A stretch of DNA of 64,000 nucleotides from a virus (lineage: Duplodnaviria > Caudoviricetes): IMG/VR virus record IMGVR_UViG_3300044991_001466; one strand, given 5' to 3'. The notes under the pieces were generated by a model. That model was not told where the DNA came from, did not search any database, and worked only from the letters and a program-made list of their open reading frames with translations. Of the stretch, positions 57,562 to 64,000 are shown piece after piece. A program made the position numbers and the translations under genes. How positions within the stretch are numbered: the first letter of the stretch is position 1; each line of letters starts with the position of its first letter.

Positions 57562-58550
57562 TTTTTTATTTGTTTTTCAATCCATTCATATGTTTGAATT
57601 AGACCGGTATATAATGGTTGAGTGGGTGACCAACCTATCTTTTCTTTTATTAAATTATTATTACTGTTTCGACCCCTAACACCCGTGGGACCTTCAATAT
57701 TTTTAATATAAATCATTTTCCCACTAATGTCAATGATGTTATTTGCCAAATCATTTATTGATATCATTTCTTCCGATCCAATGTTGACTGGTCCCGTGAA
57801 ATTAGAATCCATTAATCTGATAATCCCTTCAACACATTCATCAATATATAAAAATGAACGAGTTTGTTTACCATCACCCCAAACCTCAATTTCACCACCA
57901 TCTAATGTTTCGGCAATTTTACGAGATAACGCTGCCGGTGCTTTTTCTTTACCATCTTTATACGTACCATATGGTCCAAATATGTTATGAAAACGAGCAA
58001 TCCTCACATCTATTCCATAATTTCTATTATATGCCAAATACAACCTCTCACTAAATAATTTTTCCCAACCATATTCAGAATCTGGATTTGCAGGGTATGC
58101 TGACGACTCTTCACAATTTGGATTGTTAGGATCTAATTGGTTATGTTCAGGATACATACATGCCGATGATGAATAGAACATTTTTTTAACTCCCATCAAT
58201 GTACCATGGTGTAACGCGTTTAAATTACATAAAGATGAGTTATGCATAACATTCGCATCATTATTACCTGTAAAAATATAACCAGCACCACCCATATCGG
58301 CGGCCAATTGATAAACTTCATCGAATGAACCGACACCCATGGTACTCTGATCCGGTGCGAACATTACTCTTGATACAAAATTAGGGTCTCTTAAATCACC
58401 TTGAATAAATTCACTACAAAATTCTTCAGGTTTAAAGTATTCATGTTGTTTTATGTCGACGGCTCTAACAAAATTACCATCATCTTTTAATCTTTTTGAT
58501 AGGTGACCGCCAATAAATCCACCACCACCTAATACTAATATTTTTTTCAT
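57558..58550 (-). CDS. GDP-mannose 3,5-epimerase-like extended SDR
   Basis: GGGGFIGGH, QLAADMGGAGYI, YSSSACMYP, YGWEKLFSE, KEKAPAAL, WGDGKQTRSF. Confidence 0.9.
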   Translation of the reverse strand: MKKILVLGGGGFIGGHLSKRLKDDGNFVRAVDIKQHEYFKPEEFCSEFIQGDLRDPNFVSRVMFAPDQSTMGVGSFDEVYQLAADMGGAGYIFTGNNDANVMHNSSLCNLNALHHGTLMGVKKMFYSSSACMYPEHNQLDPNNPNCEESSAYPANPDSEYGWEKLFSERLYLAYNRNYGIDVRIARFHNIFGPYGTYKDGKEKAPAALSRKIAETLDGGEIEVWGDGKQTRSFLYIDECVEGIIRLMDSNFTGPVNIGSEEMISINDLANNIIDISGKMIYIKNIEGPTGVRGRNSNNNLIKEKIGWSPTQPLYTGLIQTYEWIEKQIKK

Positions 58551-58551
58551 A

Positions 58552-59292
58552 CTATTTCATTTCTTTTGTATGGTAAATTACATCTTTATTCTCATCCATA
58601 TCTTTCCAAACTAAATTGTCTTCGTTATTTGATTTAACTTGGGATATTAATTTACTATGTTCAGCCAATCCCCATTTATTAAACATTTGTTCATAGATTG
58701 CCATATCTAAACCAGATGTTTGAGGTGATGGATATGATAATTCATCATCAATAAAAGATTGTCTTGAATATGTAACTTGAGATGAATCTACCCTACCCGA
58801 ACAATGTATGGGAACGTTCCATTGGTTTGTAAAATAAGTTAAATCGTTTCTTTCTATTCCATCTGTATACGATTCTATTAAACAATTATAAAGTACAATA
58901 TTATGGTAAAAATATTTCTTTCCTTTATTTATTTCTTTATTTAATAATACGTTTAATTTGGTTAAAAAGTGAGGATATATAGCATCATCATCACATAACA
59001 CAATTACATAATCAGCATCACTTTCTTTAATTGCTTTATTTAAATATTCACCATGTATACTACCTCCCTGTGATTTCTTTTGTTCGATAGTATTTTCAAT
59101 ATAGTCAAATTTAAATTTATCAATTATTGACGAACAAACTTCTCTAACGACAGGTTCTCCCCTATTGGTTGACCCATCATCAATAAAATGAACTTCAAAT
59201 TCTGGATATGATATATCTAAAATAGATTTTAATGCGTTCATTACTATTTTTGGCCTTTCGTAGTAGGCTAATATTATTAAAAATTTATTCAT
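58552..59292 (-). CDS. GT2-like glycosyltransferase
   Basis: Start taken as MNKFL (59292). ILAYYERP, FIDDGS, LCDDDAIYP. Confidence 0.75.
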   Translation of the reverse strand: MNKFLIILAYYERPKIVMNALKSILDISYPEFEVHFIDDGSTNRGEPVVREVCSSIIDKFKFDYIENTIEQKKSQGGSIHGEYLNKAIKESDADYVIVLCDDDAIYPHFLTKLNVLLNKEINKGKKYFYHNIVLYNCLIESYTDGIERNDLTYFTNQWNVPIHCSGRVDSSQVTYSRQSFIDDELSYPSPQTSGLDMAIYEQMFNKWGLAEHSKLISQVKSNNEDNLVWKDMDENKDVIYHTKEMK

Positions 59293-59929
59293 TTTCATAA
59301 CCACCAGTTATTGATATGTTTGTACCGTTTATGTATTCAGTTTCTATTACTGTTTTAATTAATGTCACAATTTCTTCCACACGTCCTAATCTTTTTAAAG
59401 ATATACTATTTTTTACATTTTGTAAAATGTCAACAGGAACTTTATCCGTTAACCCACCTTCAAAATAACCTAATTGAATAGAGTTAGATGTAATTCCGTA
59501 TTTTGAATTTTCTAAAGAATATGTCTTAATGAGATTATCACAGAATGCTTTACTTGCGGAATATAAACCAGTACCCCTAATCGGATTCTTAGATAACACT
59601 GATGAAATATAAATAATTCTACCAAACCCCCTTTCCCTAAGTTTAGCGGTTGAATGACGAAGAACATTTAAGAACCCAAATAAATTTACATTTAATTGAG
59701 ATTCAGTTGTTTCTTTTGTTTGTTTGTGAATTAATCCATCAATATTTTTAACCGAAAGATAAATGATTATATCATATTCGTTTTCTTCTAAATATTTTTT
59801 TACCTGATTTTCATTTGTAACATCAAATGTTTTAGAACCTACAGATGTACAATTATAATTTAAACTTAATTGTTCAGTTAGTTGATTACCAATACCACCC
59901 GTTCCCCCAACTAATAATATTTTTTTCAT
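59285..59929 (-). CDS. Classical SDR, FabG-like 3-oxoacyl reductase
   Basis: VGGTGGIG, VNLFG, GRIIYISS, YSASK, NSIQLGYF, LKRLG, NGTNISITGG. Confidence 0.8.
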   Translation of the reverse strand: MKKILLVGGTGGIGNQLTEQLSLNYNCTSVGSKTFDVTNENQVKKYLEENEYDIIIYLSVKNIDGLIHKQTKETTESQLNVNLFGFLNVLRHSTAKLRERGFGRIIYISSVLSKNPIRGTGLYSASKAFCDNLIKTYSLENSKYGITSNSIQLGYFEGGLTDKVPVDILQNVKNSISLKRLGRVEEIVTLIKTVIETEYINGTNISITGGYENE

Positions 59930-60858
59930 TATTTATTCCATTTTATCAATCCACTACCCCATACCCAACCAGAACCTATTGTTGTAAGGAGTAATAAATC
60001 ATTTTTATTTAATTTATTTTGTTCGTAAAGTTTGTTGAGTGTAATGGGAATTGATGCACCTGCAGTATTTGCATATTCACCCATTGATGTTGCAAATTTA
60101 GAAAAATCAACGTCTAATATTTCTGCGGTCTTTTTTAAAATATTAATACTTGGCTGATGTGGAATTACATGTGTTATGTCATTTTTATCAATACCTGTTC
60201 TTTCTAATAGTGATTGTATTGAGGATGGTAATTTAGTTGTACCACTTTTATAAATTTCTTTACCAATCATTGAGAAATAATCATTGTGATGTACAGTAAA
60301 GGCTTCTTTACCTGTACCATCAGCGTATAAATCAATTTCACAATAGTTTGTTTCATCTCTTTGAAGAACTACAGCACCCGAACCATCACCAAAGAATACA
60401 CAATCACGCTTTGACCAATCTGTTAATTTAGAATACGTTTCAGAAGCAACAAGTAATATGTTTTTATATTGACCTATAGATAATAATCCTTTGGCAATTT
60501 GTAATCCATAAAGAAATCCTGGACAAACCGCATTGATGTCAACACACGCAGCATTAAATGCTCCAATCTTTTCTTGTAATAAACAAGCCGTTGATGGACT
60601 AATTCTATCGGGTGATGATGTTGCCATGATAATAAAGTCAATATCGTTAACAGTTAAGTTCGCATCTTTAATTGCAGACATACTTGATATAACTGCTAAA
60701 TCAGAACTTAATTGGTTATCTTCACTTACCCTTCTCTCCCTAATACCTAAATTATCTTGAATCCATTGGTCACTTGTTTCAACTAATTTTTCAATCTCTT
60801 TATTTGTTAATATTTTTTCAGGTACATATGCACCAATCCCCACAATCTTTACACTCAT
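59929..60858 (-). CDS. fabH: 3-oxoacyl-ACP synthase III
   Basis: GIGAYVPE, GIRERR, DINAVCPGF (catalytic Cys), FFGDGSGA, IPHQPS (His), ANTAGASIP (Asn), GSGWVWG. Confidence 0.88.
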   Translation of the reverse strand: MSVKIVGIGAYVPEKILTNKEIEKLVETSDQWIQDNLGIRERRVSEDNQLSSDLAVISSMSAIKDANLTVNDIDFIIMATSSPDRISPSTACLLQEKIGAFNAACVDINAVCPGFLYGLQIAKGLLSIGQYKNILLVASETYSKLTDWSKRDCVFFGDGSGAVVLQRDETNYCEIDLYADGTGKEAFTVHHNDYFSMIGKEIYKSGTTKLPSSIQSLLERTGIDKNDITHVIPHQPSINILKKTAEILDVDFSKFATSMGEYANTAGASIPITLNKLYEQNKLNKNDLLLLTTIGSGWVWGSGLIKWNK

Positions 60859-61739
60859 TATTTTTTATGTTTATAATCTCTAATGTTTTTGTTTGATAAA
60901 TCTTTTGTTTTAAAATCTCCTTTCCACGATTCTGAAAACATTGGTGAATAGTAAACATCACAATCATCATAATAGTAATGAGTTACTTGTGAGTATCGTG
61001 TACTATTTGGGTCCCTAATAATATCACCACCGTGTATTAAATTTGCGGTCCATAAAAGAGCCTGACCTTTCTTACAAATAAGAGGTTTCACTTCTAGTTC
61101 TTGAACATCCACCAGTTGTCTAATAAACTCCTCATATTCGGCGTAACTATCAAATTGCTTACCATACTCGGGAACTTTAACTTTAAGGTCGTAGAAGTCA
61201 AATATGGGTAGTTTATGGGAACCTGGAACATATACCAATGAACCATTTTGGTCGGTCATATCTTCTAATGCAATCCATACTGCAGTTAACCACCTGTGAG
61301 GCATTGAATCAAAGTGAATTAAATCACTATGTAATGGTTGGTTAGAACCATAATTAAATGTAATTGTTTGAAATGGATATGGTTCTCTTTTATAAAATAA
61401 TCTTAAAGTATCCATAACAATCGGATTTAAAGAAAGTGATTGTAGCATTTCACTATCTTTCCATCCCTCAAATATTCTCTTACCTTTTGAATAGTGATAT
61501 CCACCAGCTTGAGTAACAACAGTATCTCTATTGTTTAAGTTATCTATTTCCGTTTTAAACGCATCAATTTGTTCATCGGTTAAACCTAAATCTAAAATGA
61601 TATAACCATCTCTATTTAGTTTAATTGCCAATTCTTTTTGTTCATCAGTTAATTCTTGATGTTTAATTAATTCATTGAAAAATGGAGATTCAACCCAAGG
61701 CCAATTCATTTCCTCATGATTCTGTTTAAAATTTCTCAT
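60858..61739 (-). CDS. Phytanoyl-CoA dioxygenase (PhyH)-family 2OG-Fe(II) oxygenase
   Basis: QPLHSD, VWIALED...NGSLVYVPGSH, KGQALLW..NLIHGG, RYS. Confidence 0.85.
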   Translation of the reverse strand: MRNFKQNHEEMNWPWVESPFFNELIKHQELTDEQKELAIKLNRDGYIILDLGLTDEQIDAFKTEIDNLNNRDTVVTQAGGYHYSKGKRIFEGWKDSEMLQSLSLNPIVMDTLRLFYKREPYPFQTITFNYGSNQPLHSDLIHFDSMPHRWLTAVWIALEDMTDQNGSLVYVPGSHKLPIFDFYDLKVKVPEYGKQFDSYAEYEEFIRQLVDVQELEVKPLICKKGQALLWTANLIHGGDIIRDPNSTRYSQVTHYYYDDCDVYYSPMFSESWKGDFKTKDLSNKNIRDYKHKK

Positions 61740-61753
61740 AATATTAAATATTT

Positions 61754-62488
61754 TTAATTACCGACCTTATAAATAAATTCTAAATCCAAATATTCAGGTT
61801 TAAAATTATTTTTGTGACCAACATGTTTTTTATAATTGTCACATAACGGACTATATTTTGGATGATTTTTTAACATTAATCCACATTTAACAAATTTATT
61901 AGTAAAATTAATTTCAAATGTTATTAAATTGGGGTACGGTTGATTAATTGACTCTGTACTATTAAAATTAAAAATATCTTCTATTGAATTAACTTTTAAA
62001 AATTTTTCTTTACTAGTTAAACCACAACCACCGCCTGAGTGAGTTGGATAAAGATTTTTGTCATGTATTGGTGCTAACGATACAAATCCAATAGATTCGT
62101 CACTATCACAAAAATCTATAAAATCCTTTATGTAGTTATCCTTATATATTAAAACATCATCTTCACAAAAAAAGAAATAATCATAATCGTTCATATATTT
62201 TTCAACCATATTATAATATGCCCCAAATGAACCATTTTTATTTGGACGTCTTTCGACTATGATTTTACCATTTTTAGTTGGTTTATTATTTTTATTTAAA
62301 AGATAAACCAATCCATCCATAATTGGACTTTCATTGAGAACAAAAACAACATCAGTTTCATAACCATTTTCAATATTAATTTCATTTGTAATTGATTCTT
62401 TGATAAAACTTAACATATCAGTTGGAGTATTATGCATACCACTTCTTTGACCTAAATAACAACCAATAATCTTAAGACATTTACCCAT
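61754..62488 (-). CDS. Hypothetical GT-A-like protein
   Basis: SFGAY, YFFFCEDDVL, HSGGGCG. Confidence 0.5.
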   Translation of the reverse strand: MGKCLKIIGCYLGQRSGMHNTPTDMLSFIKESITNEINIENGYETDVVFVLNESPIMDGLVYLLNKNNKPTKNGKIIVERRPNKNGSFGAYYNMVEKYMNDYDYFFFCEDDVLIYKDNYIKDFIDFCDSDESIGFVSLAPIHDKNLYPTHSGGGCGLTSKEKFLKVNSIEDIFNFNSTESINQPYPNLITFEINFTNKFVKCGLMLKNHPKYSPLCDNYKKHVGHKNNFKPEYLDLEFIYKVGN

Positions 62489-63057
62489 TATTTATTCTTT
62501 ATAAAATTTAAATCATTAGAAAATTTAATCACATTATCTTTATTTCTTTCTTTGTGAAATGATAATGGATTACCCAAATAGACTGACCATTCTTTTAGTT
62601 CTGATTTTGAGTATACAAAACTTTTAGCACCTATGGTACAACCTTCAGGAAAAGAAACTCCAGGTAGAACCATCACATCCGACGCTATTCCTGAGTAATC
62701 TTTAAAAGTTATATCACCTCTAAAAATTTTGTTGTTACCCCAATACTCATTTACTGGACCAAACTCTCCACTATAATCTTCAGAAGCACAGAATAATTTG
62801 GAGCCATAACCGATAAAATTCCACTTACCTAAAGTAATTTTATGTTGGTTACCACCACCTAATACCGCATGTGAACATATTTGAGCGTAACTACCAACTT
62901 CCAATGCGGTTGTAATTAAACAAAAGGGGTCAATCCTAACGTTATCACCTAAGAAAACATTTTTAGGGTTGGTAAAAACAACATTATGACCAATCACAAC
63001 ATTATTACCACAATATCCTAATTCTTTTTTAATTTCCTCATCCCAACCTAATTTCAT
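62488..63057 (-). CDS. Left-handed beta-helix (hexapeptide repeat) acyltransferase
   Basis: GNNVVIG, LGDNVRID, VGSYAQI, LGKWNFIG, VLPGVSF, IGAKSFV, GNP. Confidence 0.85.
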   Translation of the reverse strand: MKLGWDEEIKKELGYCGNNVVIGHNVVFTNPKNVFLGDNVRIDPFCLITTALEVGSYAQICSHAVLGGGNQHKITLGKWNFIGYGSKLFCASEDYSGEFGPVNEYWGNNKIFRGDITFKDYSGIASDVMVLPGVSFPEGCTIGAKSFVYSKSELKEWSVYLGNPLSFHKERNKDNVIKFSNDLNFIKNK

Positions 63058-63998
63058 ATTTTTTCACAAATTATATAGTTCCAACACGCTTTAAAATCGT
63101 TTTGGTTATTAAAAATTTTTGTTAGAGCAGATTTTATAATATCAACTCTATCATTAATCTCATCTTCATTTGGTTCAACTCCTGTGATTTTTTTAGAACC
63201 ACCAATCCAACCAACAATACCTTCGTGATATACTTTCAAGAAATCAAACCATTCATCAACTTTAGCGTCAACATCAATAGTTTTAACTTCTATAATTTTA
63301 AAACCATTTTTAATTAACTCATCAGTATAGAAATTAATTGGTCTAATGGGTAAAAAATATTTATCTCTAAGTGTGTTATGTTTATTAATATAGTCAAAAT
63401 CATCTATTAAATCAATATACTTGACATATTTTGGATTATCTTTTACGATGTTAAAAGATAGTTTAGATATCTCATTTACTGTTTGGTCAATTAATTTAGT
63501 TTCTTCACCCATTAATGGATTATAGATATTACCTGAATTAATTAATAATTTACCACCCTTAACCAAAATTTTATTCCAAGATTTAATTGTCTCGTCTATT
63601 GTTGGGTAAAGGTGAATTGCATTTGTACAAACAATCCCGTCCAATAATCCTTCATGTTCTTTACCTAATACTTCCGATATTGTTTGTAATCTACCCTCAT
63701 CTTTAAGATAATTGATAACTCTAAAATAAAATTTATAATGTCTACCGAACTTATCGTGAGATAGCTTCAAATATTTTGGCGAAGAATCCATCATTAAAAT
63801 TCTCGGACAATCTATAGTTGATTTCAATAACCTTTCACAAAATATACCAGTACCACAAGAATAATCCATAATAAAATCATCCCCATCGAAATATTTTTTA
63901 GACAAATCAACCATATAGTTTAAGTTATCATACCAAGTATGGTTTTTAACTTTATCATAACCTAAGGCAAACTCCGTTACGTCAGATTTCAAAAACGA
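63054..63998 (-). CDS. Class I SAM methyltransferase, probably 5'-truncated
   Basis: IMDYSCGTG, MDSSPKYL, IVCTNAIHLY, LVKGGKL. The frame stays open to the window edge; the listed TTG at 63992 is probably not the true start. Confidence 0.75.
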   Translation of the reverse strand, partial: SFLKSDVTEFALGYDKVKNHTWYDNLNYMVDLSKKYFDGDDFIMDYSCGTGIFCERLLKSTIDCPRILMMDSSPKYLKLSHDKFGRHYKFYFRVINYLKDEGRLQTISEVLGKEHEGLLDGIVCTNAIHLYPTIDETIKSWNKILVKGGKLLINSGNIYNPLMGEETKLIDQTVNEISKLSFNIVKDNPKYVKYIDLIDDFDYINKHNTLRDKYFLPIRPINFYTDELIKNGFKIIEVKTIDVDAKVDEWFDFLKVYHEGIVGWIGGSKKITGVEPNEDEINDRVDIIKSALTKIFNNQNDFKACWNYIICEKI

Positions 63999-64000
63999 AT

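Noticed and set aside
12793-59304. Upstream starts given in the ORF track (12793, 31344, 37321, 50674, 59304)
   Set aside because: Nearby in-frame ATGs (12820, 31320, 37336, 50680, 59292) fit promoter spacing or stop-start coupling better.
8780-60760. Short overlapping ORFs of 60-135 aa nested in major genes (e.g. 8780, 9899, 13537, 20508, 43869, 55353, 57727, 60533)
   Set aside because: They have no recognisable motifs, are nested inside well-supported CDSs, and are expected by chance.
1-64000. Stop-codon reassignment, as seen in some large phages
   Set aside because: Long ORFs tile the window under code 11, and TAA, TGA and TAG (e.g. 14248, 38082, 44286, 55018) all end genes right before the next gene or intergenic signal.
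1-64000. Cellular O-antigen/EPS locus or eukaryotic giant virus origin
   Set aside because: No flippase, polymerase, ABC exporter or housekeeping genes were recognised, which disfavours a cellular locus. S74 fibres, coupled operons, sigma70-like promoters and an intrinsic terminator disfavour an NCLDV. Neither can be excluded without flanking sequence.
1-64000. tRNA or rRNA genes
   Set aside because: Intergenic gaps are short and AT-rich with no cloverleaf or rRNA-like sequence seen; a tRNAscan-SE run would confirm.

Overview
AT-rich, gene-dense window with bacterial-style operon packing (TAATG/ATGA overlaps, sigma70-like promoters, an intrinsic terminator). It is best read as part of a very large tailed-phage genome, possibly infecting Bacteroidota. 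This is inference: no capsid, terminase or polymerase gene lies in the window. Layout: (i) 1-12.8 kb is a structural/adhesin block with fibre proteins carrying long (S/T)-S-G collagen-like repeats, a peptidase S74 chaperone domain, a tandem triplet of small paralogues and three LamG/fibrinogen-like adhesins that share an N-terminal anchor. (ii) 12.8-64 kb is a very large glycan synthesis and tailoring island: GT7, GT2, GT4 and TibC-like glycosyltransferases, NDP-sugar epimerases, a split TPP enzyme, a carbamoyltransferase, APS kinase, sulfotransferases, methyltransferases, three radical SAM enzymes, 2OG-Fe(II) oxygenases, six SGNH-like proteins, FabH/FabG and an acyltransferase. A second S/G-repeat fibre gene sits inside it at 53.5 kb. 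(iii) At 41.6-47.9 kb is the most unusual element: a circularly permuted ATP-grasp-like domain fused to a Hint domain ending in His-Asn and followed by a 38-aa peptide with 6 Cys and 8 Tyr. After it come a (TAAAA)7 tract, a 29-aa smORF and a run of tailoring enzymes, nearly all ending in the same [LF]I-stop tail, usually preceded by Lys. No rRNA, tRNA, CRISPR array, integrase or transposase was recognised. All family assignments come from motif recognition by eye, not database searches.
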